DNA of 64,000 bases from Syntrophales bacterium (GTDB taxonomy: Bacteria > Desulfobacterota > Syntrophia > Syntrophales > UBA8958): assembly GCA_026417625.1 (NCBI GenBank), contig JAOACW010000007.1:19658-83657 (forward strand). The letters are read 5' to 3'. The stretch's first letter is position 1, and every line of letters starts with the position of its first letter. A program made the translations under genes and the position numbers. Of the stretch, positions 9,048-19,681 are shown one piece after another. The notes beneath the pieces are model-generated. The model saw only the letters and a list, made by a program, of their open reading frames with translations. It did no database searches and had not been told where the DNA came from.

Positions 9048-9980
9048 ATGAGAGCTGGTTATTTATCCCCTACATATGCCTGTGCTTTAAAAGAATTTGG
9101 TGAACCCTTTTACCTGAAAAATAGTGGAGGGTGGGTATTAGAACGTAAGATACCCGATTGTAAAGAAACCGATGCGATGGGTTGCTACCCTCTCTTCTTA
9201 TGTGAGGACTGGTCAGCTTTAACCCTCGATTTTAAAGAGATAAACAGAGAGTGGGTTACTCTATCAATTGTTGCAGATCCATTCGGCAACTACACACTCG
9301 AGGATCTAAAAACATGCTTTCCCGATTTAGTAATTCCATTTAAAAAACATTACATTATAGATCTCCAAAAACCCTTAAAAAAATACATTTCAGAACACCA
9401 TTTGCGTAATACCCGTAAGGCATTAAACCACGTAAACGTTGAAGTCTGCCCAAATGCTCAAAACTTCCTAAACGAATGGCTAAATCTTTACAGTGTTCTT
9501 ATAAAACGCCACCAGATCAGTGGAATAAGTGCATTTTCCGACGATTCTTTCGCACAACAACTGAAGGTACCAGGACTTATCGCATTCAGAGCTTTCGATG
9601 AATCCGAAACCGTTGGCATGTTACTATGGTATGTAAACGATAATAGAGCATACTATCATTTAGGTGCGTACAGCGAAAAAGGGTATACGCTGAGGGCTTC
9701 CTTCGCTTTGTTTTGGTACTCTATAAATTATTTCAGGGATTTAGGCCTTAAATGGCTAGATCTTGGTGGAGGTGCAGGGCTTAGAGAGAAGCCAAGTGAC
9801 GGTTTGATCAGATTTAAACAAGGCTGGTCGACAGGTACGAGAGTGGCATATTTCTGCGGAAGAATTATAGATAGGCGAAAATACGAAAACATTCTACAGG
9901 AGAAGAAAATTCCATCGACTACTTTCTTTCCCGCTTACCGAGTAACTGAATTTGGAGGTACGGAAAGCAAAAATGGCTAA
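9048..9980 (+). CDS. FemAB/GNAT-like acyltransferase (BioF2-like acetyltransferase domain type)
   Basis: C-terminal LDLGGGAG...GLIRFKQGWS resembles this family. The assignment is from memory of the family pattern only. Confidence 0.5.
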   Translation: MRAGYLSPTYACALKEFGEPFYLKNSGGWVLERKIPDCKETDAMGCYPLFLCEDWSALTLDFKEINREWVTLSIVADPFGNYTLEDLKTCFPDLVIPFKKHYIIDLQKPLKKYISEHHLRNTRKALNHVNVEVCPNAQNFLNEWLNLYSVLIKRHQISGISAFSDDSFAQQLKVPGLIAFRAFDESETVGMLLWYVNDNRAYYHLGAYSEKGYTLRASFALFWYSINYFRDLGLKWLDLGGGAGLREKPSDGLIRFKQGWSTGTRVAYFCGRIIDRRKYENILQEKKIPSTTFFPAYRVTEFGGTESKNG

Positions 9981-10632
9981 AGTTGTAATTTTTGGAACAT
10001 TGGATACTGCGGAATTAGCACATTTCTATTTAACTCACGATTCCTGTCATGAAGTGGTGGCTTTCAGTGTAACATCAGATTACATAAAAAATAAAAAATT
10101 TAAGGGGATACCAGTAGTCCCATTTGAAAATGTAGAAGAGATATACCCACCTGAGCACTACGCCTTTTTTGTACCGATGACAGCTAAGAACATGAACCGG
10201 ATTAGGGAGAAATTTTACCTATTAGCCAAAGCCAAAGGATATTCACTGATCAGCTATGTCAGTTCCAGAGCAACGGTTTACCCCGGAGCGCAGATAGGCG
10301 AAAATTGTTTCATATTGGAGGATAACACCATCCAACCTTTTACCACCATTGGGAACAACGTGGTGATGTGGAGCGGAAATCACATTGGCCATCATGGCCA
10401 AATCAGGGACCACGTATTCTTTACCTCCCATGTTGTTCTTTCTGGTCACTGTATAGTAGAACCATACTGTTTCTTTGGTGTTAACGCCACTATCAGGGAC
10501 GGCCTGCACATAGCTGAGGGAACCTTGGTGGCCATGTCTGCGTGCGTCACAAAAAATACTGAACCATGGGGCGTCTATCGCGGAGTACCCGCTAAAAAGG
10601 GTAAAATTTTAAGTAAAGATCTGGATTTTTGA
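9973..10632 (+). CDS. NeuD/PglD-type hexapeptide-repeat sugar N-acetyltransferase
   Basis: N-terminal Rossmann-like VVIFGTLDTAELA, followed by left-handed beta-helix repeats (IGENCFI, IGNNVVM, GHCIVEPYCFFGVNATI). ATG 9973 overlaps the upstream stop. Confidence 0.8.
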   Translation: MAKVVIFGTLDTAELAHFYLTHDSCHEVVAFSVTSDYIKNKKFKGIPVVPFENVEEIYPPEHYAFFVPMTAKNMNRIREKFYLLAKAKGYSLISYVSSRATVYPGAQIGENCFILEDNTIQPFTTIGNNVVMWSGNHIGHHGQIRDHVFFTSHVVLSGHCIVEPYCFFGVNATIRDGLHIAEGTLVAMSACVTKNTEPWGVYRGVPAKKGKILSKDLDF

Positions 10633-10642
10633 ACATCTTTCG

Positions 10643-11599
10643 ATGCAGGGTGTAACTATGGAGTGGATCAAAAAGGGCCTGATTTTCAAAGCGGATAATA
10701 ACTTTCCCTGGATGGTTTCGCATACTCAAGTTCCTATAGTGGAACAAGTTGATGATCAAAGATTGAGAATATATTTTGGGACAAGGGATGCCAAGAATCG
10801 TACAACTATTACTTTCATAGAAGTTGACGCAAATGAACCTGATAATGTTCTTTATGTGCATAACAGACAGGTCCTCGGCCTGGGAAAACTGGGATGTTTC
10901 GATGACAGTGGCGCGATACCTTCTTGGATCGTAAATCGCGGTTCTGAAAAGTGGCTTTTTTACATTGGTTGTAACGTGGGTGTCACAGTCCCATATAGAA
11001 ACTCAATCGGTTTAGCTATAAGTCACGACGGAGGCTTAACTTTCCAAAGAGCCTTCGAAGGACCGATTCTGGATCGCACAAATACAGAACCTCATTTTGT
11101 AGGTAGCCACTGTATCATTGTTGAAAACGGCATTTGGCGCATGTGGTATCTCTCCACGGTCCGATGGGAAATCCACGACGGTAAACCTGAACCATACTAT
11201 CACATGAAATATGCCGAGTCAAAGGACGGCATATCCTGGAAGCGCGAAGGACGAGTCTGCATAGATTTTAAATCGCCTGACGAAGGAGGAATCTCCAGAC
11301 CATGTGTCGTAAAAGACGGAAACATTTATAAAATGTGGTATTCGTACAGGGGGGGGAAGGATTACAGAAGACGTGGGTCTTGCAGCTACAGAATAGGTTA
11401 CGCTGAGTCAACAGACGGATTGGTATGGACAAGGTTGGATGAACTAGTGGGTATAGATATTTCCGAAAGCGGTTGGGATTCAGAGATGATTGAGTATCCC
11501 TACATCTTTGATCATCTGGGCAAGCGGTTTTTATTTTACAATGGTAACGGATTCGGCCAGTCGGGCCTGGGTTATGCAATCCTCAAATCCGAGATTTAA
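10643..11599 (+). CDS. beta-propeller (GH43/GH32-like fold) protein of unknown function
   Basis: Repeated blade signatures WLFYIG, WRMWYLS, YKMWYSYRGG and RFLFYNGNG. It contains the G8 tract. Confidence 0.55.
   Translation: MQGVTMEWIKKGLIFKADNNFPWMVSHTQVPIVEQVDDQRLRIYFGTRDAKNRTTITFIEVDANEPDNVLYVHNRQVLGLGKLGCFDDSGAIPSWIVNRGSEKWLFYIGCNVGVTVPYRNSIGLAISHDGGLTFQRAFEGPILDRTNTEPHFVGSHCIIVENGIWRMWYLSTVRWEIHDGKPEPYYHMKYAESKDGISWKREGRVCIDFKSPDEGGISRPCVVKDGNIYKMWYSYRGGKDYRRRGSCSYRIGYAESTDGLVWTRLDELVGIDISESGWDSEMIEYPYIFDHLGKRFLFYNGNGFGQSGLGYAILKSEI
11349..11356 (+). repeat. poly-G tract (G8) inside a coding region
   Basis: The codons read tac aGG GGG GGG aag (Y R G G K). This is the longest G/C homopolymer I found in the window. 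Confidence 0.9.
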
Positions 11600-11670
11600 T
11601 TAAACGGCATGCAAAACGGTCGCAAACACCAACATACTAATGAGCAAATAACACTTTAAAGGGGAACCAC

Positions 11671-14600
11671 ATGGAACAACCTTTGGTTAGCATTATCTGC
11701 ATTACATATAACCACGAGAAATACATAATTGATGCCCTAGAAGGATTCCTTATGCAGAAAGATATTTCGCCTATGGAAATTATAGTCCATGACGATGCAT
11801 CAACAGACGGGACTACAAAGATTGTTGAAGATTTTGCGAGCAAACATCCAAACTTAATCAAACTAATAACCCAAAGAGAAAATCAGTATTCAAAGGGATT
11901 GAAACCCATTCCTCTAGCTATAAAACACGCTAAGGGCAAGTATATTGCGCTATGCGATGGAGACGACTATTGGACAGACCAATACAAGCTGAAGAAACAA
12001 GTCGATTTCCTGGAAAATAATCCCGACTACGTAATAACTTACCATAACGCTGTGATAGTAGATGAAGAGGGGAATCTTCTAAGCGATTCGAAGTTAGAAG
12101 AACATTTAAAAAGAGATTTCTCAAAGGATGACCTCATAAGCGGCAAAATGGTTCTAACACTGAGTATGTGCTTCCGAAACACTATCAAGGATTTTCCAGA
12201 AGAAATTCATAAAGTTGTAAATGTTGACAAATTCTTAACATCCCTTCTCGGCCATTACGGAAAAGGTAAATATATGCCAGAAATTACTGAAGCTGTATAT
12301 CGAAAACACAATAACAGCATATGGTCCAATTTAAGCAAATTACAACAAATATTCATAAATGGAAACACAAGGGCATGGCTTTCTCGCTACTACCGTCGAA
12401 TCAATCTCCCACAGTGGGAGGATCATTTTAAAAAAGAAACAATAGAACACTTCAAACGAGTACTAAAGTTATCTGTGTCATACAACACTACCGAATGCGA
12501 AGAAGTAAAAAGAATATTCACCGATTACCGTGACATAATCGACGATGAAGTGGATAAAACGCTCCGATCCATTATTGCCCACCATGAAACAAAATACAAT
12601 CACGAGTTAAAAAACGAAAACAAAACGGAAATCCACATATCCCCAAAAGTTAAAGATCCCATATCAACCGGTTCAAAAGAAGAAGTTATAACGGACACAA
12701 ATAAGATCCTAAAATTTGGAAGTCTAAGAGCGCTGGAAAAAGATGAACTACAAATTAATTGGGTATTGACTAGAAAATGCAATTACTCTTGTAGTTATTG
12801 TGGATCACACAACAACAAATTTCCCACTTCTTCCACAACTGATGTCAAAAAAGTTATTGAAGCAATCAAACCGTCTAAGCAGGGACAAGATTCGAATAAC
12901 TATAACTGGAGGCGAACCGACCATAGATCCTAATTTAAACTACATACTTAGCTCTTTGCTTGATAAGGATAACAAAACCATTCATATAAGTGTAATTACC
13001 AATCTAAGTAGAAGCCATAACTACTTCGAAAACTTTGTTGAACAGTTTGGTGAAAGAAATAACCACATATCCTTTGTTGCCTCGTATCACATAGAAAACG
13101 CAAACGAATCCAATTTTATCAGAAATCTGGAGATTTTATCGAGTGGAGGATTTAGAGTCTTCGCCTGGATACTTGCACATCCCCTTTTTATGGATGAGGT
13201 AAAAAGAATTTACAACCGCATAAAGGATTTGAACTTAAAAAACACCAGAGTTGTTCCGAAAGCAATAAGAGACGAATTCGGGCGAAGTGCTTTTCCAGAT
13301 AACAGATACAAAATAGAGGATTTAAAATGGCTAAACCAATTTGCAGACGATGGCGAAATACTCTTTATGGATACGTATGATCAGAATCTCGGTAGGGTAA
13401 CGAGAAAATTCTATAATTTAAATGAAGCAATTACCCTGAAAATAAACAAATTCAAAGGAATGCTGTGTAATGCTGGCATCAACATGATTTCAATTGACGA
13501 AAACGGATTCGTTTCCCCTGCCGTATGCTTAAGAAGCAGTTCAAAGAATTTTAACATATTCGAAGACGAAAATGCTTTGGAAAAAGTAAAAGGGCCTATC
13601 GTTTGCCCATTTGATGCTTGTAAATGTTTGGCAGATCTTCCCTTGTTAAAATACACAAACGATTATGAAGCAAAAGGAATAAACCGTTCAAATGCATCCA
13701 GAGAAGAACCGTATAAGCATCCCCTAATAAATGCTTTGCAAACCAAAGGCTGGGAGTACAAAAAAGATTTATATCTTGAGCATTTTGATTACGTTCTGAA
13801 ACTAAAGGAAACATCAAGCCCCTCTATCTCCGTTATTGTCATTTCGTGGCGTTTACATGAGGATACAGTAAAGAATTTCCAAATTCTGAATAAACAGAGA
13901 AATCAGAATTTTGAACTCATCTTTGTTGACAACGGTGGAAAAGAAAGAGAATTTGAACTCCTTAAGCCATATGTAGATATTTACATTCGATTAAAAAACA
14001 ATACCGGTGCATACCTGGCAAGAAATATTGGGAGCGTTTTTGCTTCTGCCCCCATCCTCCTATTTCTTGAGGATGATGGCATACCTGAAAGTAATCTCAT
14101 TAAATCACACCTTGACATCCATAAAAAATACGACGTAATTGCTGTAAGAGGCGTGTATAAACCTAAAACCTCGAATGTTCTGAACAGATACGCAGCACAT
14201 TACTTCCTAGGGGATAAACCTTTCCCATATCCATCAAATCTGGAGGGAAACTCTTCTTACAGGGCTGACATTTTCTACAAAGTAGGGGGCTGGAATGATG
14301 AAATATTTTTTGGTCATGGAGGCAAAGAATTAGCTATCAGACTATTGAGAATAGAGAATGATCCGAGGAAGCAGATATACTCACCGGAACCTATAATATA
14401 CCATGATTTTGCAACTGATAATGCCCATCTTGCAAAAAAGATCCGAAAACAACAAGAATCTCTCTCTGATTTGAAGAAAAAATACCCAGAGTGGGACACG
14501 ATTATCTCCACATGGAAGAAATTCTTTGCCAGACATGATCAACTAATACCTAAGATTATTCTCGACGAGAGACAAGAAAAATCAATTAACTATCACTCTC

Positions 14601-14701
14601 ATCTTTTAAAAGCTCTGTCTTATTATGAACATGGTGAAACAGACATGGCAAAGAATCACCTATTGTCACTGATCACGGAACTAAAGGAGATAGCAAGATG
14701 A
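11671..14701 (+). pseudogene. GT2 - radical SAM - GT2 fusion gene interrupted by a +1 frameshift (fragments 11671-12933 and 12800-14701)
   Basis: Fragment A carries GT2 motifs (VSIICITYNHEKYI, VHDDASTDGT, DGDD) and then CNYSCSYCG (CxxxCxxC). Fragment B, in the +1 frame, continues with RITITGGEPT, VITNLS and FVASYH, then a second GT2 (ISVIVISW, FVDNGG, LEDDG). Confidence 0.8.
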
Positions 14702-17700
14702 TATCGCACTCCAAACATCTTTTTGACATAGTCATGGTATGGTACCAAAACGATTGGGGATTGTACGGTCGAAGGAACGAGCAACTCGCAAAATCTCTGA
14801 AGAAACACAAATGCATCCGCAAAATTTTGCACATCGAACCACCCATTGATCTAGAGTTCCTGTACGCTAACATAGAATCTGATATCCTTGACCTCAATAT
14901 AAAAACGAATTTAAAAAGAATTAATCTTTACTGCGACGACGGAGTGTACACATTCACTCCCCACCTAGTATCGGGCATGCATCCTGAAAAACTACAAACC
15001 TACTTAACAAACCAACTGTACAGTGCCTTAGACCGATGTGGTATCAAAAACTTCATCCTCTGGCTATACCCACCCCATCCATTCGTTGAGATGATCCTTG
15101 ATGTTCTGAAAGAAAAAGCTACCTTAATTGTAAGCGACTGTGTTGATGACCATCGCCACTACGCAAAAGACACATTTGAAAAAGATCAGATTGAAAAAAG
15201 ATACAAGAAAGTCATAGGTCAATCCAACGTTGTTTTTACTGTATCAAAGAGCATGCAAAAAGAAATGAAAAAATTCAACTCTGAAATCTACTATATTCCA
15301 AACGCGATTCCAGAAGAAGTGCTGCATCACAATGAGCCACCACCTCCAGAATTCTCTTTCTTAAAACGACCAATAATAGGTTACACAGGCGCCCTCTCAA
15401 TGAGGATCGATGTAGATCTTTTAAAATTTATCGCAAAAGAAAGACCAAACTGGAGTATCGCGCTTATAGGGACTGTACCCCATCCAAAGGTTCAAGAATT
15501 GTTCAGATTAGAAAACATCTATTGGTTTGGACCTAAATTGTACAGTGATATACATAGATTCATAAACAACTTTGATGTCTGCATTATACCTCACAGTGTC
15601 AATACTTTCACTGATTATATGAATCCCATTAAATTATACGAATACCTAGCATCCGGAAAACCGATTGTATCAACCGATGTTGCCGGAGTAGACATGTTTA
15701 GAGATGTTATAGAAGTAGCCTCAAGTAGCTCAGAGTTTCTTTATGCAATAGAGAAAGCCCTAAATCAGGACTCCGTTAAAAAGCAGATCCTGAGAAAGGA
15801 GAGAATTTACATTCATACATGGATGTCGAGGGCAGAAGAAATGATGCAACTTTGCCTTCATTCGATCCAAGAAGAAAGAAGTAAATATAGGAAAAAAAAC
15901 AATGATTCAACAATCATTGAGAAGTTGAAGAATCTAGTACCTCCCAATGCAAAAAAAATACTGAATATAGGATGTGGAAAAGGACTCCTCGGAGATGCAA
16001 TTAAAAAGGAAGTAAATTGCATGGTAACCGGTATCGAGAGTGATATCCAAGACGCGAACAAAGCAAAGCTTATATTGGACGAGGTCATTACAGGTGATAT
16101 TGAAGAGAAAGTTAACGACCTTCCCTCTAATAACTATGATTGCGTAATCTTCGAAAACTCTTTAGAGAAATACCGCAATCCTGAGACTTTACTGAAAAAA
16201 CTGATAAGAACCATAAAGCCCGGTGGTCAAATTATCGTTTATATTCCTAACGTCATACATAGACTTACTGAAGGTCAATTGCCAGCTGACTATGTAAGCA
16301 GCCTCAATCGTGATTATATAGATGGAGGTCCCTACCTTTATTTTACTAAAAACTCAATCATAAAACTATTCACCAATGCTGGTTATGAAATTTCTCAAAT
16401 GTCAACTACAACACCAAAGAGTGATCCTCACGATTCGCAAGACTATCATCTTTTTAACTGTTACAAATTATCTACGGAGATAACCGAAGGGGAGAGTACA
16501 CATCCATACATCGTTGTGGCAAATAAACCACAACCGGAGCCAAAGTTAACTTCCATAATAATCCTAACCTATAACGGTTTACACTACACAAAACAATGTG
16601 TCCAATCCATAATAAAATCCACATATTCACCGTACGAACTAATAATAGTGGACAATGGATCCACTGATGGAACAGCACAATACTTCCAGAATATCATTGG
16701 GGGCAACAGCACGGTTTGCGGATACCGCTTAGAGGTGCAAGAAGACGGTAAGGTAGTGAAATACGAAAATATTCACCTCAAAAATCAAAAAAAGACCAAC
16801 AAAAATAAATGCACAACGCAAGACACCATAAAGTTTCTCAGTAACATCAAAATTATCGAGAACGGAAAAAATCTGGGATTCGCAGAAGGAAACAACAGAG
16901 GAATTGCCGTATCCAATGGTGAGTTCATTGTAATCATAAATAACGATGTAGTTGTAACTCCAGGATGGCTGGAAAAAATGATAGAAGCCATTGACTGGTC
17001 AGAAAACTTAGGTATTGCCGGTCCTTTGACTAACTTTGTTTCAGGACCACAGATGGTCAGAAGTGTAAAATACAACACAAAGACACTTGAAGGACTTAAC
17101 GAATTCAGTGAGCAAATTGCAAAAACATACGATGGTCATTCTGAAATCTTCTGGAGAGTAGTTGGTTTCTGCATGCTTATAAAAAGGGAAGTGATAAATA
17201 AAATAGGAGGATTCGACACCAGATTTAGAATAGGAAACTTTGAGGATGACGATTTCTCATTGAGGGCAAATATCGCCGGATTCAAATCAGTTATTGTAGG
17301 AGATTGCTTCGTTCATCATTTTGGAAGCAGAACATTTAAAGAATCAGGAATAAATTACTCTGAAACTCTGTTAGAAAACTGGAAAGTTTTCAAAAAGAAG
17401 TGGAATCTGAATCAAGATCTTTCATACGGTGAAGAATTTGACGTACAATCATTGCTAAATATAAAGTTTGATCCCGACCTCCACTACGTACCATTAATAA
17501 TACAAGAACACACTGTATCTTGGGCAGAAAAACTCTATGAAAAAGGAGATATAGAGGGAGCAAAACACTGTTTATTGAAGATCCTTGAATCCCACCCCGA
17601 TAACGTTGAAGCCTATAATGATCTGGGATTTATCTACTTCCAAGAAGGCAAAACCGAAATGGCTAAGGATTACTTCCTTAGGGGATTAAGCATAAACCCT

Positions 17701-17991
17701 GAACATCCTGACATTCTTGAAAACTTAGGACACGTTATGAATAGTGAAGGGTCGTATGAATCGGCATTCTCTTACTTTAGAAGAGCCTTAACATCAAGAC
17801 CAAACGATCCACAACTCCTAAATTCCATTGGATATTGCTTGATGAACATGGGAGAAATAGATAAGGCTAAGAAATTCTTCAAGCAATCATACGAAATAAA
17901 TGAAGAACAACCACACCTCAGAGAGATATTGGAAAGCATAGAAGGTAAAGAATATTCGCTAAACATCAACCAAGTGAACGAGGTGAGATAG
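14698..17991 (+). CDS. four-domain protein: GT4-like glycosyltransferase - class I SAM methyltransferase - GT2 - TPR
   Basis: GT-B C-terminal motif NPIKLYEYLASGKPIV, methyltransferase motif ILNIGCGKGLLG, GT2 motifs TSIIILTYNG...IIVDNGSTDGT, and C-terminal TPR units (AYNDLGFIYFQEGK...). Confidence 0.85.
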   Translation: MISHSKHLFDIVMVWYQNDWGLYGRRNEQLAKSLKKHKCIRKILHIEPPIDLEFLYANIESDILDLNIKTNLKRINLYCDDGVYTFTPHLVSGMHPEKLQTYLTNQLYSALDRCGIKNFILWLYPPHPFVEMILDVLKEKATLIVSDCVDDHRHYAKDTFEKDQIEKRYKKVIGQSNVVFTVSKSMQKEMKKFNSEIYYIPNAIPEEVLHHNEPPPPEFSFLKRPIIGYTGALSMRIDVDLLKFIAKERPNWSIALIGTVPHPKVQELFRLENIYWFGPKLYSDIHRFINNFDVCIIPHSVNTFTDYMNPIKLYEYLASGKPIVSTDVAGVDMFRDVIEVASSSSEFLYAIEKALNQDSVKKQILRKERIYIHTWMSRAEEMMQLCLHSIQEERSKYRKKNNDSTIIEKLKNLVPPNAKKILNIGCGKGLLGDAIKKEVNCMVTGIESDIQDANKAKLILDEVITGDIEEKVNDLPSNNYDCVIFENSLEKYRNPETLLKKLIRTIKPGGQIIVYIPNVIHRLTEGQLPADYVSSLNRDYIDGGPYLYFTKNSIIKLFTNAGYEISQMSTTTPKSDPHDSQDYHLFNCYKLSTEITEGESTHPYIVVANKPQPEPKLTSIIILTYNGLHYTKQCVQSIIKSTYSPYELIIVDNGSTDGTAQYFQNIIGGNSTVCGYRLEVQEDGKVVKYENIHLKNQKKTNKNKCTTQDTIKFLSNIKIIENGKNLGFAEGNNRGIAVSNGEFIVIINNDVVVTPGWLEKMIEAIDWSENLGIAGPLTNFVSGPQMVRSVKYNTKTLEGLNEFSEQIAKTYDGHSEIFWRVVGFCMLIKREVINKIGGFDTRFRIGNFEDDDFSLRANIAGFKSVIVGDCFVHHFGSRTFKESGINYSETLLENWKVFKKKWNLNQDLSYGEEFDVQSLLNIKFDPDLHYVPLIIQEHTVSWAEKLYEKGDIEGAKHCLLKILESHPDNVEAYNDLGFIYFQEGKTEMAKDYFLRGLSINPEHPDILENLGHVMNSEGSYESAFSYFRRALTSRPNDPQLLNSIGYCLMNMGEIDKAKKFFKQSYEINEEQPHLREILESIEGKEYSLNINQVNEVR

Positions 17992-17995
17992 ACAA

Positions 17996-19609
17996 ATGAA
18001 AAAGAAAAAAAACAGAGAAAAAAATCAAACAAACAGAATATCACTGTGTATGATAGTGAAAAACGAAGAGGCATCCATAGAACGCTGTTTGGAAAGCATT
18101 CATCGTTTCGTTGATGAAATAATCATCGTTGATACAGGATCAACAGATAAAACGTGCAGCATTGCCGAAAAATACGGTGCAAAAATATATTACCATCCAT
18201 GGGAAAATGATTTCAGCAAACACCGTAATCAAGCGATTTCCTACGCCACGGGCAACTGGATTCTGCAGGTAGATGCAGATGAGGAACTATTTGATCAAGA
18301 CGGCCACAAATTGAAAGCAACAGTGAACACAGGCAAAGCGGACTACTACTACTGTATCTTTTACGACGTAGACCATAATAATTCAATTAAAAGTATATAC
18401 AACATGGTCCGTCTTTTCCGCAAAGGGCTTGGTATGCGTTATGTGGGTAAAATTCACGAACAAATAGAAAAACGTGGCAAAGGAGCATTCAGTGATATCC
18501 GATTCAAGCACTACGGGTACTATATGGACGAACAAAAGATACAGATCAAACTTCAACAACGAAGAGATATGCTAAGCGATGCTATTTCTGAAAAACCTGA
18601 TGACCCATACAACTATTTCCAGCTCGCCGCAACTTACGATTTTATTGGTAATTTAGCAAATACCTTAATGTTCGGAGAAATAGCATTGGAATTAGCGAAC
18701 AAGAAAAATCTATGTGCTGACTATGTTCTTAATATCTACTACCTATTAGCTCGTTGTTACCTTCAGTTAAACGACCATGGTAAATCGGAACACATATGTT
18801 TGAAAGCACTAAGTATTTTTCCCAAAAGCTTCGATATAAACTACCTTCTAGCATCTATATACTTTCAAGAACGAAAATGGGAATTATGCGAAAAGTATGG
18901 CAGGCAGGCACTTGCAACAATGGATGAGATTTTAAATAAGCCTTCAGCTCTGGGAGGATCCTACCTGATAAATGTAAACGAATTTTACAGAATTCCCCTG
19001 ATGCTTGGTTACATCAACTGCATCAACAAAAAATTGGAAGAGGCGGAAAAATATTTCCTTCAAGCCTGGGAAAAATCTGAACGTAACATCAAAGTGGCTG
19101 AAGAAATATGCCTAATATATACACGCTTTGGTTTAACAGATTTTACATCTCGATGGTTGGAAACTTTATGGGAGAACAGAGGAGAACATGAACAAACTAT
19201 CTTACACAAATCTCCCGAATTATGTCTGATCTTAGCAAGGAGATTCATGCAAATTAATAAAACAGAAAATTCAGAGAAATGTTTAGAGCTTATAGATGAA
19301 GAAAAACTGACTGACAAACAGCAAATCACCTTTAGCTTCCTAAAGATGTTGCTTGCCTGGCACAAGGGTGACGTTTCAGAAACTATTTCACATCTTTTAT
19401 TCTTACACAAAAAAACAGAATTGCCCATAGATTTCAATATTAATAACATCGATGATTTGGGAAAAATATTCTTCAGCTTGGGGGAATATTTTTGCCGTTC
19501 AAAAATGTGGCCTGAGGCGAAAGACGCTATCAAAATAGGGATAATTATATCTCCCCACTTCTTTGTAAAAGAACGTTATTTGGAAATCCTCGAAAAACAC
19601 AATCCGTAA
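17996..19609 (+). CDS. GT2 glycosyltransferase with C-terminal TPR-like repeats
   Basis: ISLCMIVKNEEASIERCLES...IIIVDTGSTDKT and QVDADE, followed by a helical-repeat C-terminal half. Confidence 0.8.
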   Translation: MKKKKNREKNQTNRISLCMIVKNEEASIERCLESIHRFVDEIIIVDTGSTDKTCSIAEKYGAKIYYHPWENDFSKHRNQAISYATGNWILQVDADEELFDQDGHKLKATVNTGKADYYYCIFYDVDHNNSIKSIYNMVRLFRKGLGMRYVGKIHEQIEKRGKGAFSDIRFKHYGYYMDEQKIQIKLQQRRDMLSDAISEKPDDPYNYFQLAATYDFIGNLANTLMFGEIALELANKKNLCADYVLNIYYLLARCYLQLNDHGKSEHICLKALSIFPKSFDINYLLASIYFQERKWELCEKYGRQALATMDEILNKPSALGGSYLINVNEFYRIPLMLGYINCINKKLEEAEKYFLQAWEKSERNIKVAEEICLIYTRFGLTDFTSRWLETLWENRGEHEQTILHKSPELCLILARRFMQINKTENSEKCLELIDEEKLTDKQQITFSFLKMLLAWHKGDVSETISHLLFLHKKTELPIDFNINNIDDLGKIFFSLGEYFCRSKMWPEAKDAIKIGIIISPHFFVKERYLEILEKHNP

Positions 19610-19653
19610 ATTTCCAATACACTTCAACAGTAAATTTTTTCGAGCATAAAACC

Positions 19654-19681
19654 TAAAGTTCATCCTCTCTGTTACCGATTA
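19654..19681 (+). promoter_or_regulatory. sigma28 promoter of the flagellin gene, TAAAGTTC-N12-ACCGATTA
   Basis: TAAAGTTC ATCCTCTCTGTT ACCGATTA. This leaves a leader of roughly 115 nt. Confidence 0.75.

Noticed and set aside
19060-19533. 157-aa ORF antisense to the GT2-TPR gene. Similar antisense or alternative-frame ORFs occur at 33698-34075, 44809-45183, 58276-58770, 49435-49854 and 51301-51720.
   Set aside because: Each lies wholly inside a well-supported gene on the other strand or frame. They have low-complexity, Ser/Leu/Phe-rich composition and no SD, and I recognise no family in any of them.
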